Assembly (NCBI RefSeq): GCF_036321535.1
Contig: NC_087436.1
Span: 78,308,001-78,372,000, forward strand
Length of the DNA stretch: 64,000 bases
DNA from: Camelus dromedarius
Lineage: Eukaryota
Reading direction: 5' to 3'
In this document: piece by piece, positions 12,280 through 25,503 of the stretch
Layout of the letters: each line of letters starts with the position of its first letter
Position numbering within the stretch: position 1 is the stretch's first letter
The notes under the pieces: model-generated
Seen by the model: the letters and a program-made list of their open reading frames with translations, nothing else
Databases searched by the model: none
Told to the model about the DNA's origin: nothing
Translations under genes and position numbers: made by a program

Positions 12280-13060
12280 ATATCTCACTTGTCATAATCT
12301 TCCTAAACGCCAAATTGCAGTCTTCAACTGATCTGACCATTCTGCAGCTCCTGACACTGCTGACCACTCCTATTTCCCTTGGCCTCTACCTCTACACTCC
12401 CCTGGTTCTCCTCCTACTTTTTCAATATGCTGTTTGGGGATATCTCCCCCTCATCACCACCCCCAGTCCATTTTTTCTTTTCATGGTCTTCCTGGAAGAT
12501 ATCATCCACAAGTATGCATTTAACTATGATGTCATAAATACAGCTCTCTTCTGAGCTCTTTTTTGACACACATTAGATGTTTAGTAAACACCTATTGTTG
12601 GTTTAGTAAGCACCTGCTGTTGCACCGTGACAGTAGTTAGGTTCCACCCTACTTTTCCAGCCCATAACTTAGCAGAACCCCTGCTCCCGTGTACTTCATG
12701 CATCAGGCAGAACAGTTGTCTCGCAGGCTGTGACTGATATCTCTACGGCTTTGCTGATTCCTTCATCCCCTTCTCAACTCCAATTCATCTTTCAAAACCC
12801 ACTTGCAATGTCAGGTCTTCTGTGAAGTCTTATTCAGCTCTCTCTTTCTATTCATGCAAAATTATTAACCTTCACCACTAGACTCTGAAAACACACTTTA
12901 GTTACACCAATCTGTAATAGCATTGAGCACACTAAAACTTAGTTGATGGTATACTGGTCCATCTCTTTAACTATATTGCAAACTCCTTGAAAATAGGGAC
13001 CATATTCCATTCAATTTTGTATCTCAAGTGACTGGTTCAGTGCCTGACACGTAGGGACCA
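12280..13060 (+). mobile_element. Degraded L2 fragments
   Basis: Pyrimidine-rich L2 body; 3' end aaactccttgaaaatagggacc..ttttgtatctc..cagtgcctgacacgtagg. Confidence 0.6.
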
Positions 13061-13884
13061 TATCCACTCTATCTAGGTAAAGGGCTTTAGCTGAACAAAA
13101 AGGATGAGTACTTACGGATTGTGTTGGGCAAACTTTAGGCTTAGAATGGATGCTTAGGCCACAGGAAGGGTATTAGGCCAGGAAGAGGGCATTATGGACT
13201 GAGACATGGTACTGGAGATGTAGGTCTTTCCTGCCCATGCATATTCCTTTCTAAGGAAGGGTGACCAACTCACAACACCTGCTGCCTCCATGGCCATGTT
13301 CCCATCACATGCCCTCGCTCCTCACCTCAGGCACAGACAATTGGTCTGAGGATGGACAAGTGATCCAATGGGAAGCCAACAGATGGGCTGGAAAGCAGCC
13401 TATAGCCTGGCTCAGAAAGATAAGGAGGACCAGTAAGATACCTCTCTCTCTCTCATTCTCTCTCTCTCTCTCAGAAATAGAAGGAGTCTGAAGTAGTCAG
13501 TGATGGGAACCAAAGGTTAAGAGTTACAATCCAAAAGGATGCTAGAAAGTGTTGGCCATTATGACTTTTTAAAAATCCAAGTTACAAATAAGCAAAGTAA
13601 ATGAGATAGCAGAGAATAAAACATATGACAGAGAATAGCTGGACGCTGAGGTGGGTAGGGGAAGAGAGAGAAACCAAGCTTTTTCTCAATGGCTTCCCAG
13701 TTCCTATTTCTGTGAGGTCTAGTTCCTTTCTTCATTGCCCATTATATAATCTCCTTTTCTCTTGGCCTTTCCTGAATTAATCTCTGTCCCTTACAACAGT
13801 CAATATAAAATAAAGAAGGCTGCAGGAAAGGAATTATAAAGATGCTGAAGACAAATTATATCAGTTTTGTAATTTGCCTACAGC

Positions 13885-15100
13885 TAAATCTGTAAGAAGA
13901 TAAAATTGGACCCCTATCTTACGCCATACACAAAAATTAATTAAAAATGGATCAAAGATTTGAACATAAGACCTGAAACCATAAAAATCCTAGAAGAAAG
14001 GAAGCTCCTTGACATCAGCCTTGGAGATAATTTTTTGGATTTGACACCAAAAGCAAAGGCAACAAAAGCAAAAATAAGTAACTGGAATTACATCGAAGTA
14101 AAAAGCTTCTGCACAGCAAAGAGACCGTCAACAAAATGAAAGCACAATCTACCGCATAGGGCAAAATGTTTGAAAATCATCTAAAGTACATTAGGATCTC
14201 ATACAGCTCAATAGCAAAAAAACCAAATTATCCCAATTTAAAAGTGGGCAATAGACATTTTTCCAAAGAAGACATACAAACGGCCAATGCGTATGTGAAA
14301 AGGTGCTTAATGTCACTAATCACCAGCAAGATGCAAATCAAAACCACAGTCAATTATCACGTCACACCTGTTAAGATGGATATCATCAAAAAGATGAGAT
14401 AACAAGCCCTAGCACGAATGTGGAAAAAAGGGAAACTTGTGCACTGCTGGCGGGAATGTAAACTTGGTGCAGCCACTTACGCAAAACAGTACGGAGGCTC
14501 CTCAAAAACTAAAAATAGAACTACCATATGATCCAGCAATTCCACTCGGGCATATATCCTAAGAAAATGAAAACATTAACTTGAAACGATACATGCACCT
14601 CCCCCCAAGTTCGCAGCATTATTTACAATAGCCAAAATATGGAAGCAACCTAAGTGTCCATCAATGAATGAATGATGTGTGTGTATATGTATACATATAT
14701 ATATAATACACCATGTAATATTATCATACAAAAAAGAAGAAAATCTTGCCATTTGCGACATAGATGGACCATGAAGGCATTATGCTAAGTCAGACAGAGA
14801 AAGACAAATACTGTATGATCCCATTTATATGTGGAATCTAAGCAAACAAGAACAAAAAAGAACCAAATGAGCTTCAGGGCACAAAGAACAGATGGGTGGT
14901 TGCCAGAGGCAGTGGGTGAGGGGGTAGAAGAAATGGGTGAAGGGGGTTAAAAAGTACAAAACCCCAGGTATAAAATAAGTCATGGAGTTGTAATGTACTG
15001 CATGATGACCAGAGTTAATAATACTGTATCGTATATTTGAAGGTTGCTAAGAGAGTAAATCTTAAACATTTTCATCACAAGAAGAAAGAAAGAAAGAAAA
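13885..15100 (+). mobile_element. L1 3' portion (L1MA8/9-like), degenerate ORF2 plus 3' UTR
   Basis: Translations [27 protein letters not shown] match L1 ORF2. Multiple frameshifts. Ends in a (gaaa)n tract. Confidence 0.9.
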
Positions 15101-15289
15101 TGAGAGCAAACTACCTTCCTCCTTTTCCTGAACCCCACTCATAGCCCTGGCTCTCAGAACCCGTAGCTCGAGCTGCTAATCCTAGAGCCACGGGCAAACT
15201 ACAGCCTTGAAATGAACAGGCTTTTACGAGGTGATTATGAAATCAACTATTATTTTTAACATTTCTGTGGGACAGTCAATTCCAAGATG

Positions 15290-16170
15290 ATTCACTCAAC
15301 CAGTATTTACTGGCTACCTACTATGTGCAAGACACTAAGTATGGAACTTGTTCAAAAGTAACTGTCTTTGTTCTCGTGGAGTTTACATACTGGCTTGGAA
15401 GAGAGAAATACACAAGCAAACAGGCAAATAAAATAATGATAGCCTCACATTATATGTTATAAATGAAACAAAAAGAAAGTGAGAAAGAGAATAACCAGAG
15501 AAACCTATAAGGCCAGGCCCCTCTGAAGAGCTGACATTTGAGCCAAGACCTATAGGATGGAAAGCGAGCTGTGCATACACACTGGGTGTGCGGGGACACA
15601 GCAGAGCCCTCAAGGAGAGAGCCCACGATGTGTTCGAAACACTGGACAGTGTGGGCTGAAGAGTAGAATGCAAGTGCTGGAGGAGAGGCAAGAGCCACAC
15701 CATGTAAGAGTTTGTAGCCCCTTAAAAGGCCTTTGGATTTTACTCCAAATACAATAGGAATCTATTAATGAATTATAGCCAGGGGAATAAAATGGTCTGA
15801 TAAATGTTTTTAGAAAATCACTCCTATCTCTGGGTGGCTAATTGATGGGAGGGGCCAAGGGTGGAAGTAGGGAAGCCAGTCAGTACACTAACGCTATGGT
15901 ACAGGTGAGCAATAAGAACGCCTTAGACTAAGAAAATGACAGTGTTCGTGGATAAAGTATATGGATTCAAGACACTTCAGAATCAGCAGGACTTGCTTAT
16001 AAACTGTATGTGAGATGTATCAGAAACAGCTACAACAACAGTCGGGTGGGTGTGGGTGCCATCTGTGGAAATGGAGGAAACTGAAGATAGGGGCATAGAC
16101 TTGGAGAAGAAAATAAGAGTTCCATTTAGGATGTGCCACGTTTGAGCTGTTTGCGAGATGTCTCCAGGGA
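15290..16170 (-). mobile_element. L2a 3' portion
   Basis: ttcactcaaccagtatttactg..cctactatgtgc..ctctgaagagctgacatttgagccaagacc..ctttggattttactc. Confidence 0.85.
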
Positions 16171-17894
16171 GAGGTCAGACAGGAAGACTACCTTTTGAAC
16201 ATCATGTTTGGTAAATCATGGCTACCTGCCTTAATGTGTAGTTATTTCTCCTGGTTTTTAAATGGTTAAGGCTATTTCAGCCTTTATCTATTTTTCATGT
16301 CTTCCTTTTGGCAATAAACAAGAAGGGGTTCAAAAACGTAGGGACTAATTCCATTTCTCCTCCAAATATATATTACAGTGGTCTAAGTAGGGATAACTGT
16401 AATAAAAAGAAATAAGGTCATGGATAGCCTCTGTGTTATTTATGTGACTAATTATCACCCTCTGTATTATTTATAAATGACTGAAACATAGGAATACAAA
16501 GTTCTGACCACAATACTGAACTCATCTACAGAGAATCCCTACATAGAAAATTCATAAACATAGATTATACATAGGTGTGCACCATTATTTTTCTGCTCTA
16601 CCAGTTGTCAATACTGAGTGCTGATTTGAAATTATAAAAATATATGATAGATCTATGGCCATCTTAGGAGCAGTCTGCTTACCCAAGAAGGGGATCCTTA
16701 TAGTACTAACTGTTTCTGAAAGCTGACTTCCCATTCCTACTGCAGTGGTTTAAGGAATCAACCACATAAACACACCAAGACAAAGAGAGGTGCCCAACAC
16801 AGAATCAGCACAAGTATACTTGATAAGCTACGTCTCTGAGCAGGATTTTTGTAAATCAAACCTGGTTGTCCTATTGACTCACATTTTGCCTTAAGAAAAG
16901 TCTATCTTTGTTTCTAACTGATCTCCAACTGATAGTGGCTTTTAACTCTTCACATTTATGTTCCTTTTCTCCTTAGTCACTTTGAATTAATTCTATATAA
17001 ATGTGTACTTTAATGCCCAAGGAATAACACTGTGTAAGAAAAAAATCCTACAGTGAATCTTTTCTTTAAAGCATAGGATCCTTTGAAAAGTAGATACTGA
17101 TCTTCTAATTTTTCTGCTTAATTAGTTGAAGAATTTAATGTGGATACCAAATAATAAAACCTACGTTTTCTTAAAATAATAGATGACAAAACGCTATGAC
17201 CAATATTTTCACACTCTCACTACTGTGGTTCCCCCTTCCAACTCTCAAGATGATGGAAAGAAATATACATGAAGTATAGACTCTGAAAACATCTAGTGAA
17301 AGCCACCTCATGTTCTTCACAAGAGTCAGAGTAGTCCCCATAAACCTCACAAGAAGGGTTCAGAGACCCCAGAAGTAGGATAAATTCCTGGTAGTCTGAA
17401 GTATATCCCCTTCTCTGCCACCTACTCTGTAGCAGAACTTCAGTTTGGATTTCTGACCTCCACTCTGACCTATTCAGCAATTTCCTAGGACTGATGTATA
17501 TCCACCACTTCCTACAAATTCTGCTTGTTGGTCTATTCCATTGGCATAAAAGAAGATTCTACTTTTTCTCGATTCAAAAAATTTGATTTGGCTTTAGGAG
17601 TCACAACTGTCCTTCATTCATACCCATCTGGTCATCAGCTCTTTAAAGGACTCCCAGAGGAATTTTAGACACTAAACATAAATTCCCCAATTGTACATTT
17701 AAAGCCTCCCTTTTGCCAGGGAGCCCACTGGGTACTTCTATGACATCACTGTAGACATGCTACTATGAGTTTAGGGGTCCTGCTAACTATGCCAAGTTAT
17801 TGAGATTCACTCTCAGGTCTCATAGGGGCTGCTCCCACATCCAACCATTTGGATGCTCAAATTGGAACTTTATTAATGTATTTTGCTGAATCAG

Positions 17895-18135
17895 AGGCCT
17901 GTCCTCAAGCACAAGTTCTACCATATTTCTACTCATATGCTCTTGACTATGTTACTTAAGCTTTCTAAGCCTTGATTTCTTCATCTGTAAAATCAGAATA
18001 CTAATAATAGTCACTTCATAGGGTTGCTAGAGGGTTAAATGAGGAAATGCCATAAGACACTTAGCATGTTTCCTGGCCTAGAGTAAGCAGACAAGAAATG
18101 ATAGGTGTCAAGGCAGTCATGGTGGTGGTGGTATT
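17895..18135 (+). mobile_element. MIR SINE
   Basis: tttcttcatctgtaaaat..catagggttgct..ggttaaatgag..cttagca. Confidence 0.8.
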
Positions 18136-20005
18136 GTTAGCTACGGTGTAATCTGACTATGCCTTCATGACATTTCTTCAGCCAACTCTTGAGTACATAA
18201 AGTTCTCTGGTCATAACCCAGTCCAAGGTACTTTCATCTAAGAACACATCAAAACATAGTAAGATACTCTGTGTGTCCCTTAGGTTGCTTTATGTGGGCT
18301 GTCCTAAAAGGTAGGAATGCTGTCCCAAGACCTCAGTTTCTTTCCATGATTCAATGCTGTATTGTGAAAAATCTTCAACCTTCCCACGTGCTTCATCTGA
18401 TCTCTCTTTTCCCTCCCGAATTGTCAGTTTCATTTCCCAAATAATTATCAGTATGTATATGAAATCCATACAATGTTTTAAAAAAAAAAAGAAATCCATA
18501 CAGCTTCACAGAACACAGACCCACATAAGTATTCTCCAGGATTCTGAAGTACTTGGGCAGCCACAGGAACACAAGGGGGCTCGGGAGAGAAGCATGTCTC
18601 AGGGTCACAATGGCAGCAGAAGTGGCCATGAGGGAACTTGTAGTAGGTGCAGGGTTCGCCAGCTATGCTACTTACTTCCAGTATAAGAAAAAAGGAAAAA
18701 GAAGGTCTTAGACAATTATTTTTGCAACATGTGCAATGCCTGACATATTTCAAAAAGCGCCAAATTAACTGAAAGCATAAGTGAATTCTCAGGGGGAGAA
18801 ATATTTCATTTTCCTGAGAAACAGTCACTAGGACAGGTAGTGGTGGTTTATTAAGTTGGTGTGGATTTGTAAGCTGTCTCCCTTTCACAGATGTTACAAG
18901 GATGACACCTTTTTTCTTTTTTTTTTTTGCTTCAGACCTACCTAACGATCTCAATACCACAAATTTCATTGTGTGATGCTAAACTCTAGCTAATGAGTGG
19001 CACCAAATGTTACAGTACTATTTGATAACCCTATAGGAGTCTTTTGCCCAAAAGCAGACAAATGTGTAGTCCCTAATGACTGGTCTTGTATTTGCAGAAG
19101 ATAAGCCTACTGACTACTACCAATAACTGAACAGGAATTTCTTACTTTGGTAAACTAGTGCCTGCTTTCAGGATTGTCCCTGAAATCACCCAGGGCCCAT
19201 TCGAACTCATCAGTTTGTACTCTAAGAAAAAGGAGAAAAATGGGGTCCCCGTACGAGAACCAAAATCATAACTTCTCAGGGAAACTCTTGATTGCTTTCT
19301 CCTTTTCACATCATGATTTACAAGAGTCCAGGAAAGTAAGAAGAATCCTAAATGCCACAGTTCAGAGACTCGCAGGTGACTCAAACAATGGGTCCAAGAG
19401 TAGAGAACAAACTGGACAGACAGTGGCTCAGAATAGGGCTGCCTGAGATACAATACTAGCCTTTTGAGGGAGAACATGTGCTGTTACAGAGGAAGAATAT
19501 TGTACTTACATCCCAACAGACTTCTCCTGGATCTTTAATAACACTAAAAAGATCCAAGAAGCAAAGGAAATTTGGTAACGTCGCTAATAATCCCATATCT
19601 TGTTCTGTGAGCTCTTCAACATTTGGTATAAGACGTAATCTCTTGGTTTAATTTGGGCACTCTGGACTTCTGATTGAGAAGCAAACTAAGAACTCTGATC
19701 ACAATCCTTCTTTTAGTATTTGTGTCATGGAGTTGAGATGTCTGATCTCTGGAGTCTTAAATCCTGCTGTGCGGCCTTCATCCTATCAAATGACCCAACA
19801 AGCAATCATTGAGCAAAAAGAATGGGAAAATTTGATACTGACAGGGGTAGAAACAACAACCCCCAGATACCTGATATGCAACAGTGGCACCTCAAACACT
19901 GGTGAAGACCTGGCATGATCACACCCCAGATAGAAATGACCTGTCCTTCAGTTCAGGCTGAAGAACGGCCACAAGGGGAACACCGGAACACTAAGCCATC
20001 TGGAG

Positions 20006-20806
20006 CAGGCCCCCCTTATCTGCAGTTTCAGTTACCCAAGGTGAACTGCCTTCCGAAAACATTAAATGGAAAATTCCAGAAATCAACAATTCTAAGTTTT
20101 CAACTGCATGCAGTTCTAAGCATGATGAAATCTCACTCGTCCTGCCTAAGACATGAATCCTCCCTTTGTCCAGCATATCCTGCCCCTTAGTCACTTAGTA
20201 GCCATCTGGGTTATCACATAAAGTGTCACAGTATCACAGTGCCTGGGTTCAAGTAACCCTTATTTTACTTAATAATGGCCTTGAAGTGCAAGAGTAGTGA
20301 TGCTGGCAATTTGGATATGCCAGAGAGAAGCTGTAAAGTGCGTCCTTTAAGTGAAAAAGGGATAGTTATCAACTTAATATGAAAAGAAAAAAATCCCATG
20401 CTAAGATCTATAGTAAGAACAAATCTATCTATGAAATTGTGAAAAAGTAAAAAGAAATTCATGCTAGTTTTACTGTAACACCATAAAAGTTAACACCATA
20501 AAAATCAAACCATAAAAGTTAAGGCCACAGGGCATGGTAAGTGGTTAGTTAAGATGAAAAAGGTATTTTGAGAGAAACCACATACATACAGCTTTTATTA
20601 CAGTATATTATTATAATTGTTCTATTTTATTATTAGTTATTGTTATTAACCTCTTACTGTACCTAACTTATAAGTTAAACTTTATCATAGGTATGTATGT
20701 ATAGGAAAAAACATAGTATATATATAGGGTTTGGTACCACCCACAGTTTCAAGCTTTCACTGTGGGTATTGGACCATATCTCCCACAGATAAAGGGGGAA
20801 TGATTG
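20006..20806 (+). mobile_element. TcMar-Tigger DNA transposon (MER44/Tigger7-like)
   Basis: Inverted ends cccccttatctg (20011-20022) / cagataaaggggg (20786-20798), with TA after the 3' end. Internal aaatggaaaattccagaaat and ttcaagtaacccttattttacttaataatggcc. Confidence 0.85.
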
Positions 20807-20860
20807 TACCTTCAGTGCACAGATTGGACACCAAGGAACTACTGTGGAATGACCTACTTT

Positions 20861-20868
20861 CACACACA

Positions 20869-20900
<32 letters not shown>
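20861..20900. repeat. (CA)n microsatellite
   Basis: Read directly from sequence. Confidence 0.97.
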
Positions 20901-20903
<3 letters not shown>

Positions 20904-21294
20904 CTAGCTACATTTACAAGACTTTCCTTCTCCACTGTCCTCGTTAGCATTACTTTACTATTCCAGGGGACACTTGCTGAAGAAAGTACCTTGATTGTTC
21001 ATCAAAAGAATTTCCCAAAATCTTCAGTAAGTATCAACACTCTTGGACACTCTCACCTTTCTGTTTTCACCAGTCCTGAACTATTACACTGCCATCCTTA
21101 CTCAGTCCTAGTCACGTGCCCTCACTGAAAGACTCACCTTAAACCAAACGCCCAATTCTCAGTAAAATCCTAGCCATGGCATGGTTGAAGGAGACACCAC
21201 CAAGGCTCTGTTGAGATAATGATCTTCACTGTGGGAGGCAATCAGCCCAGGTCTGTCTGCTCAGTTGGGTGGGATGGCGATGTCTTGTGAGTCA

Positions 21295-21520
21295 GCATTA
21301 GAAATTAGAAAGAGATCCAAACTTGGGAGTCAGAAAACTTGTTAGGGTTCCGGCTTTAACATCTACTAGTTGTGAAACTAGACAATGAGTCTCCTTGTTT
21401 GTACTTTAATGATAAAAACATAACTTCTAAGGCTGAAAATTAGATCAAATAATGCATGCATATAAAAGTATCTTGCAAGTTTTAAAGCTGAATACAAATA
21501 CTAGTTATTACTACTATTAA
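21295..21520 (+). mobile_element. MIR (MIRb/c-like)
   Basis: ttgggagtcagaaaact..actagttgtga..agatcaaataatgcatg..ttattactactatt. Confidence 0.65.
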
Positions 21521-22511
21521 GCAAGATAGTCACCAAACTGGCAGTCTACTAAGGCCACCAGAAACCACGTTAAGCTCTGTGACTACCACACACCCCATGA
21601 CTAGATGTAGACTCCTGGGTAATCTGAAGCTCCCTCCTCCCTACAAAGAATAGCTTGCTCTGGTCAAAACATCATCATCATACCACCCCATTTTAACATA
21701 TAAAATCTTCATTACACTTTTTTTACACAATAAAAAAATAAAAATCAAGATCATTGTAGCTAATAAGCTCTAACATATTTCCAAAATGTATCTTGTAGCA
21801 AGTGAAAATAAAAACAGAACACTGAATCTATTAAATTAATCTTTATTTAAAGCACTGTACATCAACAATTTCTAAAATAAGTGCACAAAGTATTTGAATA
21901 GGAAGTTAGAAGTTTGTTATACCATTGTTATATATAATTCAAATAGACTTTCGAAAACATAACTGTGTAATTAATCCTTATGGGTCGGGTATCTATGGAA
22001 ATAATTGCATTTCAATACAAAAATGGACATTTATTTACTTATCTGGATTATTTTTCTCCAGACAATTTAGCTTTTTAACACGTATATTAAAAGGCAATTT
22101 CTTGTCTTTTTTAGAAACAGATACTTTCTTGACACTACAAAATACTCTCAAATCTACCTGGCTTAAAGATCACTTTTAAGAAAAGAACTTATTTCTCCTC
22201 AACTAAAATAATTATTAGGGAAGAGCTTCCAAAACTAAAAGAACACTGCACAAAAGGATGAAGAAGTAACAAAACACATAGTCTTCAAGAGCCAAAGATA
22301 AACCTGAACTTCATGCAATCCTGGGAAAGAAAGACAAGATGTTCTGTGTAATACTAGAGATCATAAAATTTTAAGTGAATAATAAAGAACAAATTAATGA
22401 TGTTTGGGGCTGCTAAGACATTTCTATGGAATTTTTCAAAATCCTAGATTCATTCTTCAGGTGACCTGAAGGCATCTGCCATGAGGCAGTAGTTCAGAGC
22501 ACTGGTGCTGG

Positions 22512-22943
22512 AATTAGACCACATCCCATCCTGCTCTGTGTCCCAAGAGGCTGAGCCACAGGGACTGACCACATCAATGGGCTCTTCTGCCCTCCGGCTT
22601 CCAATAGGATTCAGCCAGTGGAAGGGACCAGCAGGATATCCAAACGCAGAAGGAGAGTGAGGTTGGATATTTATTGCCCCAGCTCCCTTTCTACAAAATC
22701 TCTGAGATGCCAACATCTCTCCCAAAATCCACAGATCCTGTCAGGCGGTCCTCTCTATACAGCTTGAATCCAGAAACTGTTCCTCCCCCCCAGTTCCTCA
22801 ACCCTAGGATTAGAAATGACCCTCGATCTTGCTAACTCTGTGTTGGTTTCCCTAAACCCTGCCAATACTCTGTAACCCCTGTAATAAACTCTCTTCCAGT
22901 TACCCAATTTGAATGTGTTCCTTTTCAGGACCTTGACTGACAC
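22512..22943 (+). mobile_element. ERVL LTR16-like solo LTR, inserted into a MIR
   Basis: ctgccctccggcttccaataggattcagccagtgg..ggagagtgaggttggatatttattgcccc..ggaccttgactgaca. MIR halves at ~22488-22510 and ~22944-23070. Confidence 0.75.
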
Positions 22944-24287
22944 ACTTAGGTAAGTTATCTAAAACTTCTGTGCTTCATTGTCTGCATCTGTAAAACCAGC
23001 CAAGTAAGAGTATCTTCCTTATGGGATTATTGCCAGTGCCTGGCTCCCAGGAAACTCTCAATTTCTGTTAACTGCAAGTACAGTGTGTCTTCGGTCATTA
23101 TTCAAACAGTGTGGATTCTTTTTTCAAGGCAAAAAATACACTTTACTTTGCATAATAACAGTATTTTACAGAATTCCCGTGGTTCTTCTGTCCCTAAAAA
23201 TGAGGTTTTATTGCTATTGACCACTATGGTCTTGCTATCTTGGAACCCCCTAATGTTCCTCTTCTCTCTCCTGCTTTAGCAGTAAACAAGCTAGCCTTAA
23301 CTCAAATACAAGATCAACAGAAGGCAACATGAAATAAAACAAGGCTTAACATTAAATAATCAATCTCTTAAAGGGACTTTAGGGAGAGAGAAGAAAGGAA
23401 ACAGATTTTAGCAAGGCCTAAACATGTTTCCTGGGGGACACATGTCCACCACTTGAAAGGTTTTATTGGCAGTGTGAAAGTTTCATCCATGGAAAATAAT
23501 GATCATTAGCTTTTCCATGACAACTGTGGCTTGCCCACGATATCCATCATGCTCCCGGGGTTCACAGCTTTTTCACAATTCTGATCCCTCGGTGCAAGAC
23601 ATTAGTGGGCACTGATGCTATTTTAATTGTTTCCCACATAAAGTCCATTGCTACTTGTCACAAAGCCCACATACCCTAAAGATCATTATTGAACTTTTGG
23701 GAGCTCTGTGTGTGTGGAGCAGTTCTGAACTTGCCCTGCAATTGTAACCAAGGTCAAGCAGTGAAAGCCTTGGCAAGCTGGCTTTATTAACAGGGTCAAC
23801 TTCAGCGATACCTCAGCTCAAACACGATTGTGCAAAGCAGCAGATCTGTACCAAAATGTCTGGGAAAAAATCAAGATAGCATGAAGGCATATCACAGATA
23901 TATATTTCATATAAATAACTAAACAGCTTTTATTTGAATTATAATTTTCTTTGTTAACTAGAGAGCCTCAATTTCACAGGTCAAAATAAATATTATTTTT
24001 GAAGCCTCCAATAGTTTCAGCCCTAGGAACATTACAGTGAGCCTCTGTTTCAGTCATTTCCGACATTTAAAATAAGCTCCTATTTTGCTCTGGAGAACCA
24101 GAGGAAACAGATTTTTCTGACATTCTGCATAGACTATCTGTAGCCTTCTAGACAGAGTCTGGCCTTCAACATATAGAGAGAAGGCTCTCAATATTACCTG
24201 TATATCTAAGTGGGTATGTATAAATAAATTCATATATTAATTTATTTATACATCCACACATTATGGACATGTATACAAAATTCACAA

Positions 24288-24475
24288 TGTATTCCAGAAA
24301 TTCTAAAATGCACATTTTTTCACATGTTAACATCTCTGACATTGGGATGCATCTTATAATATAATAACATGACATCATTATAATACTAAAATCATTATAG
24401 TGCAGCAGTTTTTTCCATTTTAGCACCACATACCTTAACGGTACACCTTACAATCAACACGTCTTCAATTGTATG
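24288..24475. mobile_element. TcMar-Tc2 MITE (MER104/Kanga-like)
   Basis: ttctaaaatgcacattttttcacatgttaacatctctgacattgggatgcatctta..cttacaatc. Confidence 0.6.
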
Positions 24476-25120
24476 TGCGTTTCTGTGTGTGTGTCTTACT
24501 CCTATTGTCTTCCTCTGCTGTTACTGTTTCAGCGCTTTTATCTTTTACGTGCTTCCTGAGGTAATGTCAGTCTTAGAGTCACAGGTTTGTAAGTCTGGTA
24601 AGTAAACCTTAGTTACTAGTCAATGATGAAACCTGTTGTCAACACTCACCATACGGAAATTAAGCCCTGCACTGGTTGAGCTGTTTATAGTGTAACCAAA
24701 CTTTAGGAACAAAGTTCCAAGAGGAAACACAGCCAATGAGCCGCACCATCGCCACAGCAGAAAATAATGACTCATGAAACTGACTGAAGGTTATCGGGCT
24801 CAGACTTCATGGATGCATTATCACACTTACAAATGATTAAAAAGACTCTCGATGCATGAATGCATAGAGCTGAATTTTCTATAACATTAAGACACACAAG
24901 CAGTGCATAGTTTCAGATCCATGCTATTAAAACCACAAGTGCTAAAACCAATTTCATCTTCTCTATGCTGAGAGGCACTCAGGCCCAATCAGTCTCATTA
25001 ATCTTACTTTCCACCTCCTAGATGTTTAGCTTTTACAATCTGTCATTTTCCTGATTTCCCTTCTCTTTTCTCCTCTTTATTTAGGTCTAACTGGGACTAT
25101 ATTAAAGTTGAAGTCACAGT

Positions 25121-25186
25121 TTTCAAAATCACTTCATCTTCTCACTACTTCACTATTTCAAAATCACGTCATCTTATCACTACTTC
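25121..25186. repeat. Local tandem duplication, 31-bp unit with 35-bp period
   Basis: tttcaaaatcacttcatcttctcactacttc (25121-25151) versus tttcaaaatcacgtcatcttatcactacttc (25156-25186); 2 mismatches. Confidence 0.95.
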
Positions 25187-25309
25187 CTTTTCTTTTAGAG
25201 AATCTTTTGCCTGGTAAGAAATTTCATCCAAAACATTCAAAAGAAACTCACTGAATGCCCTCTGTGTTAGAGACCAAGGATAAAAAGGTGAATGAGGCAG
25301 TCTTGTCTC

Positions 25310-25462
25310 CGCTTCTCAAAATGCGGTCCACTGCCTAGGAGCATCAGCATTACCTGGAAACTTGTTAGAGATGCAGAATCTCAGGCCCCGCTCAGACCCA
25401 CTGTAGTAGTCAGGTTCTCCAGAGAGGCAGAACTAATAGGAGACTGATAGATATATTTAGAG

Positions 25463-25503
<41 letters not shown>

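Noticed and set aside
13340..13800. Possible ERVL-type LTR remnant
   Set aside because: Only vague motif resemblance; I could not define its ends or family.
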